DNA from: Octopus sinensis
Lineage: Eukaryota
Reading direction: 5' to 3'
Length of the DNA stretch: 64,000 bases
Assembly: GCF_006345805.1 (NCBI RefSeq)
Contig: NC_043000.1
Span: 21,576,001-21,640,000, forward strand
Part shown: positions 12,337 to 25,478 of the stretch, piece after piece
How positions within the stretch are numbered: position 1 is the first letter of the stretch
Layout: the number at the start of each line of letters is the position of its first letter
Position numbers and translations under genes: made by a program
Notes under the pieces: model-generated
Database searches by the model: none
What the model was told of the DNA's origin: nothing
Seen by the model: the letters and a program-made list of their open reading frames with translations, nothing else

Positions 12337-12929
12337 ACAACAAAAAATATTTATATATTCTTCTTGGGTTACTATTGCGAAAATAATGGAAAACTTCATA
12401 AAGTAAATAAAATTTCGATTTTATGTAATAATTTTATATAAAAGCATTCTAGTATTACATTAGAATGTTCTTACCAATGCTGCAATAACAGTGCATCTCA
12501 TCTGATTACCAGCTATTTATTCATTTATCATGTAATTAATTATTTGACTACATCCCCTGAGCTTTATATATCATTGACCATATGATGTATTTTACATTAA
12601 ACACTGAAATAAGGTGGCAGCAGCACACTAGTCTAAAGACCATCAATTGAAACTCTGCAACATTTCTGGACTTTGTTTACCATACTGCAAAAATCAATAT
12701 TATTCCCACATCACAATTGATTTGTTGATATTTGGATGTACATCCAGCTGTAAAACAGCAGCAAAATTCCTACAAATACTTCTTTCAGAACCATTCAACC
12801 TATTTTCATATCAAAATTGAATCATTAATTACAGAATTCTGACACACCACCTTTAGTTTCTTGTTCATGTCAAGTTGGGCCCCCCCCTGCACTGGAATTT
12901 TCAAACAATTTATCTGACTCATTAACTAT

Positions 12930-13163
12930 ATTCTTTTATTTGTTTCAGTCATTTTGACTGTGGCCATGTTGGAGCACTGCCCTTAGTCGAACTAATTGAC
13001 CCCAAGACTTATTCTTTGTAAGCCTAGTACTTTATCGGTCTCTTTTGCCGAACCACTAAGTTATGGGGTCGTAAACATACCAATATCGGTTGTGAACACA
13101 CACACATATATATATATATATTATATATATATATATATAATATACATATATATATACATATAC

Positions 13164-13224
<61 letters not shown>

Positions 13225-13365
13225 CATACATACATACATACAATGGGCTTCCCTCAGCTTCCATCTACCAAATCCACTCACAAAGCTTTGGTCGGCCCAA
13301 GGTTATAGTAGAAGACGCTTGCCCAAGGTGCTATGCAATGGGCTTGAACCCAGAACTATGTAGTT
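12930..13365 (-). mobile_element. SINE family A with internal (TA)n
   Basis: Reverse-complement match; TA-rich microsatellite 13095-13240. Confidence 0.88.
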
Positions 13366-13367
13366 AG

Positions 13368-13401
<34 letters not shown>

Positions 13402-13402
13402 G

Positions 13403-13700
13403 TGAAGACACATGGCTTAGTGGTTTGGGCATTAAGCTCATGTCCTATACTTGGTAGCACATTATGTCCTTGAGCAAGACACTTTATTTCATGTTGCTCC
13501 AGTCAACTCAGCTGGCAAAAATGAGTTCTACTTTGTATTTCAAAGTGCCAACCTTGTCGCATCCTGCATCATGTTGAATCCCCCTGACAACTATGTTAAG
13601 GGTACGCATGTCTGGAGTACTCGGCCATTTACATGTTAATTTCACAAGCAAGCTCTCTCCTTGATCAAATCAACTTGAACACTTGTTGTAACTGACAGTG
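13403..13700 (+). mobile_element. Degenerate D-related SINE
   Basis: TGGCTTAGTGG head, 'gtccttgagcaagacactt', tail homologous to 8700-8815. Confidence 0.7.
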
Positions 13701-13716
13701 CTAGTTACTATATATA

Positions 13717-14215
13717 TCATCATCATCATCATTTAGCGTCCGCTTTCCATGCTAGCATGGGTTGGACGGTTCAACTGGGGTCTGGGAAGCCAAAAGGCTG
13801 CATCAGGCCCAGTCTGATCTGGCAGTGTTTCTACAGCTGGATGCCCTTCCTAATGCCAACCACTCCGTGAGTGTAGTGGGTGCTTTTTACGTGCCACCCA
13901 CACAGGTGCCAGACGGGGCTGGCAAACGGCCATGGACGGATGGTGCTTTTTACGTGCCACCGGCACGGGGGCCAGGCAAGCCTGGCAACGGCCACGATCG
14001 GATGGTGCTTTTTACGTGCCACCAGCACGGGGGCCAGGCGAGGCTGGCAATGGCCACGAACAGATGGTGCTTTTTACGTGCCACCGGCACGGAGGCCAGT
14101 CGGGGCGGCGCTGGCAACGGTCATGATCGGATGGTTCGCTTGTCACCGGCACTGGTATCACAGCTGCAATTTCCATTGATGTTGATCGACTTCGATTTTG
14201 GTTCTGCTTTCTGAT
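13717..14215 (-). mobile_element. Family C retroposon (RTE-like 3' end, (GAT)n tail) with ~62-bp internal tandem units
   Basis: Begins catcatcatc...cgctttccatgctagcatgggttggacgg; units start at 13881, 13944, 14006 and 14068. Confidence 0.88.
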
Positions 14216-14304
14216 ATCTGATTTGATTTGATTTATATATATGTATATATCATCATCATCATTATACATACATTCGCTATATATTAAGTATACATATATA
14301 TATA

Positions 14305-14700
14305 TAATCAAATTCAATGACTGGCGTCTGTGCTAGAGGGGTGCAAAGACCACCATACAAGTGGGAATATTTGTCAGAACGGCTAACTGGCTTCCGTGCC
14401 AGTGGCACTTAAAAAACACTATTCAAACATGATCGTTACCAGCATCGCCTTACTGGCACCCACGCCAGTAGCATGTGTAAAAGTTTTGAGCAAGGTCGTT
14501 GCCAGTGCCACCTGACCGGCCCCGTGCCGGTAGCACGTAAAAGCACCCACTACATTCTCGGTGTGGTTGGCGTTAGAAAGGGCATCCAGCTGTAGAAACT
14601 CTGCCAGATCAAGATTGAAGCTTGGTGCAGCCATCTGGTTCGCCAGTCCTCAGTCAAAATCGTCCAACCCATGCTAGCATGGAAAGCGGATGATGATGAT
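14305..14700 (+). mobile_element. Family C retroposon (second subtype, also at 52105-52617)
   Basis: 'ggttggcgttagaaagggcatccagctgtagaaac...catggaaagcggatgatgatgat'. Confidence 0.88.
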
Positions 14701-15028
14701 AATATATATATATTGATATATAGGTGTGTGGTTAAGAAATTTGCTTTGCAACCATGTTATAATCCCTGATTGATCAAGGCTTTGTTAGTGGAATTTGTAA
14801 AGGGGAAACTGTATGAAATCCCATTTTGTATGTATAGTTTTCATATTTTATTCTGCTTCAGTTATCAGACTGCGGCCATGCTGGGGCATTACTCTTAAGT
14901 ATTTTTAGTCAAATGAATCAACTCCAATTCTTTTTTTTTTTTTCCTAAACCTGATACTTATACTGTCGCTAAGTTACGGGATTGTAAACACACTAGTACC
15001 AGCTGTCAGGTGGTGGTAGGGGGCAAAT

Positions 15029-15077
<49 letters not shown>

Positions 15078-15084
15078 CTTTCCG

Positions 15085-15322
15085 TTTCTTATTTCTTTAC
15101 TACCCACAAGGGGCTAAACATAGAGGTGACAAACAAGGACAGACAAAGGGATTAAGTCGATTACATCGACCCCAGTGCATAACTGATACTTAATTTATCG
15201 ACCCCGAAAAGATGAAAGGCAAAGTCGACCTCGGCGGAATTTGAACTCAAAACGTAACAGCAGACAAAATAACGCTAAGCATTTCGCCCGGTGTACTAAC
15301 GTTTCTACCAGCTCGCCGCCTT
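15085..15322 (-). mobile_element. SINE family B inside a family A copy (approx. 14845-15410 -)
   Basis: Consensus match; host A sequence resumes at 'cttctttcagtttct'. Confidence 0.85.
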
Positions 15323-17867
15323 CATGTTTGCTTCTTTCAGTTTCTGTCTACCAAATCCACCCGCAAGGCTTTGGTATAGTAGAAGACACTTACCCAAGAT
15401 GCCATACACTGCATAGCTGCAGTCCAGTGACTGAAAGAAGTAAAAGATAAGGTTATCAGAACACTCAATAAGGAGGTTGGTGGTGTACCTGGTTTTTATA
15501 GGTCCTTGAGTAGTCTGGGAGAGGTAAAAATACATTCATTGATATCTGTTTAAACTTGACAAAACACTGAATGACTGATAAGAGAGCAAAGATCATGGAA
15601 TGACCGTGAATTCATTTGTTAGGTGAGACACTTTGGGAATGAAAATTTTCATTTTTGATATGAAAATAAAATTGTTTTCAAGAAGTCTATCTGAAATACA
15701 TTTTGAGATGTAGATCAGTTGGTATTTAAGTTATTTAACATGGCAAATGACTAAACATCAGCATAAGTTGCATTGGGGCAGATGGAGTTATAAAACAGAA
15801 ATTGGGAATTTAAATCCACAGGAGTAACTGATTCAAAATGTGACTAGTTTAGTGGAGTGCCTTCATTGTAGGGCAGGAAATAATCAATACCTTTTGATGA
15901 TTAGGGAAATGCAGAAACAGATTGCTTTTAGGGACAGTATTAAAGACTTTGCTTAAAAAAAAAGGTGTCAATGCTTTGAGCATTAAAGTGGGACAAATAG
16001 ATTTTGCTTTAAAAAATCAATAAAATATTTTCATGTTATATTTAGAAAATATGTAAATTTATTGCTTTACAATTTCAAATGATAATATAAAACACCTGTG
16101 TGTGTGTGTGTGTGTGAGAGAGGGGGGAGAAAGCATTGGGGTGGTTTCTCATAGTTTTAATGAGCAAAGAGTAAATTTATATTTGTCAGTCATTGACAAA
16201 TGTAAAGTCACTAACAAAATTTAAGCTTGACAGAGTACAGAGGAGGCTGTACTTTGTTGAAAAGGTCTTGTAATAGTGAAACATATTCATTTATCCCCTA
16301 TAGTTCCCAAAATCCAAATAAAATTAATGTAAGTCAATGAACTCGTGTTTTTTTTTCTTCACTACACCAGTTCATTTCTTTGTGTGTTTTTTGCATTCCT
16401 TGCTAGCATTGAGTTTGATGACTATATTATTGAAGCATTGTTTTTACAACTGGATGCCCTTCCTTTTGCTATCCATAGATTCGGATTAAGCTAGATCCAT
16501 TATTCTTTTGTAAGAAAATCTAAATGTTCAAAGAATCTTTTTGTTGCAATTGATAATCAACTCATTTCATTTGTTTAGAAATTGTGTCAAACAGTCAAAT
16601 TTGAATTGCTTCCTGGTTGCATAATCAACATGGCTTTCATTGCCCCTTCTACAGGGCTGCAAATTTCACTGTGTTACATTGTAAGGTGTAGTGGGTGTTT
16701 AGATTTTTAAGTTACCAAATGTACTCGGCCAGTGAAGTTGAATAGACCAATTTAGGATTTTTGAATGAGTGCACATGCATATAAAAGTATTTCTTGAAAT
16801 TGTTTGCTGTAGCTCCTATGTATTTTCTAGTAGTTGCCAACTACTTGACACCTGTATACTATGTTTTTGACAAGACAGTTTCTATTTAATGGGCAATTGT
16901 AAGTATTTTTAAAATTACAAGTTTTAGTATTAGGAGGCTCCTGGCAATAGTAGTATTGGATATATTGATATTTAATATCTAATCAGTTTGGATAACTGTT
17001 TTTTGCAGAGGTGCCAAAGAAATATTGTTATGTGAACAACTCTACCAGCTAACATTAGTTGAGTTCCGTTGATGATCATGTTGCAGGGATTGGAGTTCTT
17101 CAGGGACGTTTGATGCTGGAGAGTCAGAACCAGTGGTATTTAGTGGTTGGTTATTATGTATAGGGGTACCTAGATATTTAAATAGTTTAGGATTGTTATT
17201 TTGAACTTAGTCTCATCTGTGGCATCCGCAAGGTTTGGGGCTGCAGAGTAAGATAGCTTAATGATATACGTATTAAATATTTGATAATATTTGTGATGCA
17301 GTAAGTTATTTAATCTCATATTATGCTTAGTATTCAACTAACATTTTATTTTGAAGCATATATGTATTGAGTTCTAACACCAGGTTATTAGCATCTTTAT
17401 ACCTAAGTGAAACCTTTATATTTCACAAAACTTTAACCAGTTGGAATTATAGTGGAAGATGCTTGCCCATGGTTGGAAAGTGATCGTGTTAACCACACAA
17501 CCATGCCTGCACATATATGCCTACTATTTTTTTGATTAATTATTAAGGTGGCAGAAAATATTTGTGAACTGTTAATGTCTCCTTTTTAATTAGAAATAAT
17601 TTTTTGTTAATATTAGGTATTATGTATCTTTCTATCAATATTCTGATATCTTTCTAGAGAAAGTTCTGGCATTCGGACTGGTCACTAGTGGTGGGTTTCT
17701 TTTGTTTATTTCATCATTATAAAGTGGGATTTGCTTTTTTTTTTTTTTTTTTTTTTTTGTTGAAGATTGGTTAATGGGTGGGGGGATGTCCATCCTGCCC
17801 TGTTAGAATTAAGTTCTTATAAAATGCAATTTCTCAAAGTAAAGGAAAATGTATGACAAAATGATAT

Positions 17868-18352
17868 GTGCACATAGTGTCATGCACTTGCACACATATG
17901 ACACTCATGCACACATGCACTTTCATGCATATGCACACATGCACTATCTCCTGCATATGCACTTCTGTGCATATACTCTGTTGTGTGCACACACATGTAC
18001 TATCTGATGCTCACACGCACTCTCTCTCGTGCACACACACTCTCTCATGTGTATGCGCCCTCACATACACTCACTCTGACATACGTAAATGCACTCAATG
18101 CCAATACACTCACACACGCATGCACTCAAGCATGCATACACTCACGCTCACCCACATACATACACATGCTCACACTTGCACATGCATACATATGCACACA
18201 CACGCACATGCATGCACACTCACACACTCTCTAATACATATATACACAAGTGCATACACACATACACATGCATGCACACATATCTGTACATGTACATGCA
18301 TATCAATACATACCTAAGAACACACACACACACACATACTCTCTCTCTCTCT
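17868..18352. repeat. Degenerate (CA)n/(CATG)-type microsatellite
   Basis: Low-complexity alternating purine-pyrimidine tract; similar tract at 28020-28200. Confidence 0.9.
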
Positions 18353-19269
18353 TTCATTCTTCGGATATTTCCCATTGAATCTGAATTACTCTAATATTTC
18401 AAACATCAATCACATGAGCCACTCTGTAATAGCATTACAGCATCACATGATCTGCATGTTGTTCAACAATCAGCTGCTTACACTGGATGGAAGAATATGC
18501 ATAGCAACAGAGAAAGCCTCCCTTATAAGATATACATCACATACCTAACTAAACACGATGCAACATTTTATGATTAAAATAATATTAGTCATTGAGCTAA
18601 TGCTATCGTTTTTTTTTCACTGCAAAAGTATTTCTAATTAGAATTTTTTAATATCTAAAGTTCATTGTATGAAATATGCTAGCATAAATTTTGACATTTT
18701 TAAATTATTTTTTTTTTTTTAGATGGCTTCCTTGAATAATTAACCTTACTGATTTGTCTGTTTATTTTTTAATATTTTTTTTTATTATAGACACAGATAT
18801 GGCTGTGTGGTTAAGAAGTTTGCTTCCCAACCATATGGCTTCAAGTTCAGTCCCACTGTGTGTCACCTTGGGCAAACATCTACTATAACCCTAGGCTGGT
18901 CAAAGCTTTGTGGGTGGATTTGGTAGATGGAAACTGAAAGAATCCCCTTATATATATATATATATATAATTTAAAAGTTTGATTCAGCCCCTTGAAACTT
19001 ACTTTCATAGGCTTCTTACAGAACAAATTCCCATTGTGTTGAATACCTCTCTTTTGTTTGTCCATTCACCTGTGTATGTGTGTGTGTGTGTGAGAGAGAG
19101 TATTTAATATACACAATACATATTTTTATGTGCTACTAATAATTTCATATGTTAAGAAATACTTCAAACATATTCATCAGACACAAACCACTTATCATGA
19201 ACTATATGTAACTGCAAAGACCCAACAAATAATGTGAGTTCATTGCCGTTTCCTGCACCAGCCCCAGCC

Positions 19270-19717
19270 CATCCAAAGTACCTTGGATCGCAAAATGGCC
19301 TACTGTGCTTACCTTGGGTCGTATGGAGACTTACTATGCTTGAGGGGACCTATTGAGTCAAGTACATCAACATCAAAATAAAAATCAAATGGAAATTGTA
19401 GTTGTGATACCCATGCCGGTGGCATGTAAAAAGCACCATCCGAATGTGGCTGATGCCAGCGCCGCCTTGACTGGCTTCCATGCCAGTGGCACATAAAAAG
19501 CACCAACTGATCGTGGCTGTTGCCAGCCTCCCCTGTGCCGGTGGCATGTAAAAAGCAGCCATTACACTCATGGAGTGGTTGGCATTAAGGAAGGGCATCC
19601 AGCTGTAAAAACACTGCCAGATGAAACTGGAGCCTGGTGCAGCCTCCTGGCTTCCCAGAACCCGGTTGAACCGTCCGGCCCATCCTAGCATGGAAAATAG
19701 ACATTAAACGATGATGA
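19270..19717 (+). mobile_element. Family C retroposon
   Basis: Longer 5' portion matching 33960-34070 in reverse; ends aaacgatgatgat. Confidence 0.88.
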
Positions 19718-20126
19718 TATATATATATATATAAAATGGGTTGACAAAGGAACAATTATTAACTTCATTAGCTTACAGCTGTTTCTGCTACAAGGTGCAA
19801 TGCGCTGATAGTTGACTGCTTGAGTATCACCCTCTAGCTTCATCAAAGCTTCAACCATATAAGCTGTGTCAGTCATTTCCATTATTCTGCCAAATCATAT
19901 CTGGCCATGAGGAAATATTACTTTGCTTGGAAACAGGGACATAACAACAAAGTGTTGGTTTAGTTACGTCCCCATTACTTAGCAGTTCAGCATAAGAGAT
20001 GATTAAAATAATTATCAAATGTAAAAATAAAGTCCGAGTGTTGATTTGTTTAGCTGAAACCCTTCAAGGCAGTACCTGTGCCTGTACAGTCATAGTTCTG
20101 TGACTGAAACGAATAAGATAACAAAA

Positions 20127-20540
20127 GGCGGCAAGCTGGCAGAATTGTTAGCACGCCGGACGAAATGCTTAGCGGTATTTCGTCTGCCACTACGTTCTGA
20201 GTTCAAATTCCACCGAGGTCAACTTTGCCTTTCATCCTTTCGGGGCCGATTGAATAAGTACCAGTTACGCACTGGAGTCGATATAATCGACTTAATCCCT
20301 TTGTCTGTCCTTGTTTGTCCCCTCTATGTTTAGCCCCTTGTGGGTAATAAAGAAATAGGTATTTCGTCTGTCGCTACATTCTGAGTTCAAATTCCGCCGA
20401 GGTCAACTTTGTCTTTCATCCTTTCGGGGTCGATTAAATAAGTACCAGTTACGCACTGGGGTCGATATAATCGACTTAATCCGTTTGTCTGTCCTTGTTT
20501 GTCCCCTCTATGTTTAACCCCTTGTGGGCAATAAAGAAAT
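20127..20540 (+). mobile_element. Family B partial tandem dimer
   Basis: Full unit, then restart at GGTATTTCGTCTG (~20358). Flanked by a ~19-bp imperfect repeat GAAAC(G/A)AATA(A/C)GATAACAAA. Confidence 0.9.
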
Positions 20541-21059
20541 ATGAAACAAATACGATAACAAATGGCATTTCTAATAGATTGAATATGCAAAATTGAGGTT
20601 AGCTATCTTCGTGTTACTATATAAACATCTTTTAAACAATCAAACATTTACAGGTTCTGCATCAATATCCTGACCTTTCGTGTAGCATCTACCGAACGTA
20701 TCCCAAGAATAGTATCTAGTATTATTATTACGTTAGCATTTGAGAACAGCTCACATTGTAATACATATTTCTAAAGGTGTGTATGCACTCAATGACATTT
20801 ATTTTCTTCTTCTAATGAACCACAAAGTAGATAATTTCGGTCACTTGACTGGAAGTTGCACTTTTATATTTTAACGTTAACACTCAAGTGGTCAATAGAC
20901 AATTCAAGTGTCTAATACATATCACAACTGAAAATAAAAATAATTTCCATGTCTTTTTTTTTTTCCTTTTATGAATATTTTAATTGAATTTCTGTTTGTA
21001 TTTTCTAATAACTTCAGGTAGTAGTAGCTTTAAGTCTTATGCATTAAGTAGTTTATTGC

Positions 21060-21465
21060 AAATCTTTTCAGTTTGAATGGCAGTTTTTTCTAGCGGTGTC
21101 ATATGAAATTGTCACTCATAATTATGACCCTAGAATCGATCTATTGCATTTCAATCTCTTTTAGGGTTAGGGTTAGGAGTGGGGGGAAGGTATCTTTTTT
21201 TTCTTCACAAATGTAAATAAACCCAATGTGTTTCTTAAATGAGGGACATATTCATACGGCACAGAATGCTTTTTAACTCGGACATCACTGATTGGTTGAA
21301 ATTGAAGAAAAAACAACAACAAATATCTTACAAACTATAGAATTTTCTCAATAAAGCCAAGAGAAAATGATGTTTTATAAACACATTCTACCAGTATACG
21401 AAGTTTAAAATTTTTTAGTTACCTAGAAATTATGTTAAAAACTGCCGTTTAAACCGAAAAGATCC
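21060..21465. mobile_element. Non-autonomous TIR transposon (MITE) with internal TTAGGG repeats
   Basis: 26-bp TIRs 21062-21087 / 21438-21463 (23/26); 8-bp flanks TTTATTGC / TTTATTGT; TTAGGGTTAGGGTTAGG at 21161-21177. Confidence 0.82.
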
Positions 21466-21819
21466 TTTATTGTATGCTTTGATAATTCTGTTAAGTCAGT
21501 TGTTAGCTGTCAGGACATGGTATCCTTCAAAAATTTCATGCTTCACAAAACTCTGGTGCACCAATGCATCATTTCCACTTCATGACACTTTTACTGTTCA
21601 TTGCAGTCTTCCGTAGTTTTATCCTGTGTGCTTACGCATGCACCTTTCAGCTATCATTGTTGTCATCCTTCACTTGACTTTCAGCTGCTTTTTCTACCTT
21701 TTTCACCTTTTCCTGATGAGTTTTAATGCACATGAGCACTGTACACTATAAGTTCACGATATTCAGAGTTCAAATTCCACAAAGGTCAACATTACTTTTC
21801 AGCCTTTCAGGGTCTCTTT

Positions 21820-22630
21820 CTCTTTTACTTGTTTCAGTCATTTGACTGCGGCCATGCTGGAGCACCGCCTTTAGTCGAACAAATCGACCCCAGGACTTAT
21901 TCTTTGGAAGCCTAGTACTTATTCTATGGTCTCTTTTGCTGAACCGCTAAGTTACGGGGACATAAACACACCACTATCGGCTGTCAAGACACACAAACAT
22001 ATGCACACATACATATATATATATATATATATGACAGGCTTCTTTCAGTTTCCATCTACCAAATCCACTCACAAGGCTTTGGTCGGCCCGAGGCTATAGT
22101 AGAAGACACTTGCCCAAGGTGTTATGCAGTGGGAATGAATCCGGAACCATGTGGTTGGTAAGCAAGGTACTTACCACACAGCCACTCCTGTGCCTAAAAG
22201 AAATACCAGTTCAGCACAATGGAGGTGTTGGGGGGAGGTCAAGGAAATTGACGTACTCTCTCCCCTAAAATATTTCTGACCTTAGATGTGGCTGTGTGGT
22301 AAGAAGTTTGTTTCCCAACAGAGTTCAGTCCCACTACATGGCACCTTTGGCAAGTGTCTTCTGCTATAGCCTCAGGCCAACCAAAACCTTCTGAGTGGAT
22401 TTGGTAGATGGAAACTGAAAGAAGCCTGTTGTATGTGTGTCCTCCACTTGACAACCAGTGTTGTTTTTACACCCCCATAACTTAGCAGTTCAGCAAAAGA
22501 GACCAGTAGAATAAGTACCAGGCTTTTAAAAAAAATAAGTACTGGGGTCAATCATTTGACTAAAATTCTCTAAGGTGGGTCCCCAACATGTCCACAGTCT
22601 AACGACAAACAAGTAAAGGATAAAAGATAA
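21820..22630. mobile_element. Head-to-head pair of family A SINEs (21820-22195 -, 22285-22630 +)
   Basis: Both match family A consensus in opposite orientation. Confidence 0.88.
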
Positions 22631-23056
22631 GACTGTTATTATTATTATGGAGCCAACTTTACCTTTCAGGTTTTCAGGGTCAGTATAATAAGTGCCATTT
22701 GAGTATGGGTTAAATTGCTGGCTTTGTGCCAAAATTAGAAAGAATTACTATTATTGCTATTTTTATTATAACAAAATCTTAAGAACCGAGGAGATTTAAG
22801 TATAACCTTAATAATAATAATAATAAGACAAGCGTGAAGACAGAGATCTGACAGAATTGTTATTATACCAAACAATATACTGAGGGGCATTTTCTGTCTT
22901 TTCACTCTGAGTTCAGATTCTGCCAAGGTTGGCTTTGCCTTTCATCCTTTTAGGATCAATAAGATTAAATACCAGTTGAGTACTGGGCTCAATGTAATCG
23001 AGTATCCCTCTTCCCTGAAATTACTGACCTTGGGCCAAAAATTTTAAACTAATTAT

Positions 23057-23431
23057 AGGTGTAGGAGTGGCTGTGTGGTAATTAGCTTGCTTACGAACCA
23101 CATAGTTTTGGGTTCAGTCCCACTGCGTGGCACTTTGGGCGAGTGTCTTCTACTATAGCCTCGGGCCGACCAAAGCCTTGTGAGTGGATTTGGTAGACGG
23201 AAACTGAAAGAAGCCCATCGTATATGTGTGTATGTGTGTGCATATGTTTGTGTGTCTGTGTTTGTCCCCTCAACATCGCTTGACAACTGATGCTGGTGTG
23301 TTTACGTCCGATATAATATACCGATATAATAAGTACTAGGCTTACAAAGAATAAGTCCTGGGTTCGATTTGTTTGACTAAAGGTGGTGCTCCAGCATAAC
23401 CACAGTCAAATGACTGAAACAAGTAAAAGAG
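23057..23431 (+). mobile_element. SINE family A
   Basis: Near full-length consensus match. Confidence 0.9.
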
Positions 23432-23525
23432 AAATTTTAGAACAAGCATAATTCAAGTGAATTAGTTGCTTTTAAGATTGGAATTGTTCCCTTTTCTATT
23501 CTTCTGCAGAATTATCATGTCAAGC

Positions 23526-23765
23526 AGGGCTGTGGAGTCAAAACAAAAAACTTTGACTCCGACTCCTCTACTATTGGCACCTCCGACTCCTCTTTATGTA
23601 ATTAAGTGATTGTGGTCTACATATCTCATAAAGCATATGCTTGTACTTTGAGTAGGCCTATATGTTATAACTGGTTTATATTAAAGAATAAAGATATTGT
23701 GAGCCAGTCGGTATGGTTTTTCCAACTCTGACTCTAGCTACCCCTTAATCGTTTCTGACTCCGAT
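23526..23765. mobile_element. Degenerate hAT-like MITE with GACTCC subterminal repeats
   Basis: CAGGGCTGTGGAGTC start and multiple (C/T)GACTCC motifs. Confidence 0.55.
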
Positions 23766-23993
23766 GTCCAAGAAAGAACAGTGTTTTATAATGGTAAAAA
23801 GGATGCTGACTCCTAAAACTGATATGGCCGGGTGGTCTTTCTCCACATGCCATTGTACATTAAGTGTAAAATGGAGAAAGTTGTTGTTTTAGCCACAGTC
23901 CAACCCATGCCACCATAGACATCTGATCAAAGGCATTCTAGCTGGCTTTTTAGAGATATCTGGCATTGCCCAATGTATCCTGTCCTTGTTTAA

Positions 23994-24215
23994 CCCTTTT
24001 GCTACTATATTTCTATTGAGATGCTCTGTGTTTCTTTCAATTAATTTTAAATATAACAAAGAATTTAGTAAAATAACTTAGTTATCATTCAGCTAGTGTT
24101 AGGAACATAAATTGTGACTAAGGTTTGGTGGAAGATTTTAATTCAAAACTTATGAAAACAAGACATTTGTACTACAGAGCTAGAGGCGGTTTCAACCGGG
24201 TTGGTATTGAAAGGG
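23994..24215. mobile_element. piggyBac-like MITE
   Basis: TTAA|CCCTTT ... AAAGGG|TTAA; related interrupted copies at ~11016-11522 and ~47325-47812. Confidence 0.82.
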
Positions 24216-25478
24216 TTAAGACTGTAAGGCAGTAGTTCTCAATTGGGGTCCATATAAGATTTTGTTGTTAAAATTTCTGTAATAAATTAGTTATACTTTT
24301 ACAATACACAAAATATTTTAACAATTTCTTTAGTCAGTTTCTAATAATATAAAAAAATATAACATGATTTTCTAAGCCTCAAATGGCCAGGATGGTCCAT
24401 CTGAGTAAAACAGAAATCAAAGGAGTCCATAGGTAAACAAAAAAACAGAACTGTTTGACTGCTGTTTCTAGTGAGTCAAGCAATCGTGTAGGGACTCTCT
24501 CATTGGCTCAAGTAAACTAAGAAAAGGTAGCAACTACTGGATTATGATAAAAGCTCATAGGGATTTTAATCTGTGATGGTAACATTGAGAACTGAGTGAA
24601 AAGGTCTTCATTGACCCATGAAGGGATTCAAGTCAAGTAAAAATGATTTAGGATGAGGTTGTCCTATATTTTCTTTTATAATTAATATTAACAAATTATT
24701 CAATGAAGAGAGAGAGAGGATGAAAATAAAGAATGTTTTAAATTGTTACAAAATATATATACATGGTTCTTAATTGTATCAAGTTATTTCAGGAAATTCA
24801 CCATTTCCTGCTGCTAATCTAGAAAGCTAGGTTTCTACATACCAAGATATTTAATCAATACTGGTCTAATTCTTTATTTCTTTTGATCAAATAGAAAAGA
24901 AAGAGAAAAAATTCCTAATCAATATACGGCCTCTATTTCTAACAGTCTTTAACAATTTAATTTATTGAAATTTATTTATTTTCATTGAGAAAAATCATTC
25001 CAATAGGACTTTTTTTTTTTTTTTTTTTACATGAAAAGCAGGTTTTTGTAATTTTATTTCATTTTATTTTTGCTTCATTTTCTCATTTTACAAAAATTAA
25101 TAATGTATGGTTTTGTTTTGATTGTCTTCAATTAAATCGTTTTTATTGATATTTCTTTATAACCATGTTACGATTCAATGAATGCCCCTCCCCCTCTCTC
25201 TCTCTCTCAATATCTTGCTATGTTCTGCTTCTATAGACAAAGACAAAAAAACTTAACTCTCTTAATAAAAGCTACAATATAAATAATATCTGTATGTGGT
25301 GATTATGGCAGGCATATGCCGTTAGGTTTCTATGTGTGTAATATGTATTCTTTAACTGGCTTCAGTCATTGGACTGCAACCATGCTGGTGCACCACATAC
25401 AAGGGTTTTTTTGTTGGATACTTACTAAGGTCTGATATAACACCTATGACTCGTAAGGGTGAAGCTTAGCCCTTCCTC

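Noticed and set aside
13881-14150. CRISPR-like repeat-spacer pattern
   Set aside because: The 'spacers' are homologous to each other, the array is inside a retroposon, the DNA is eukaryotic and there are no cas genes.
17868-18394. His/Thr/Cys-rich ORFs suggesting a metal-binding protein
   Set aside because: Translation of a degenerate (CA)n microsatellite.
21161-21177. Telomere or chromosome-fusion scar
   Set aside because: Fewer than three TTAGGG units, located inside a TIR element.
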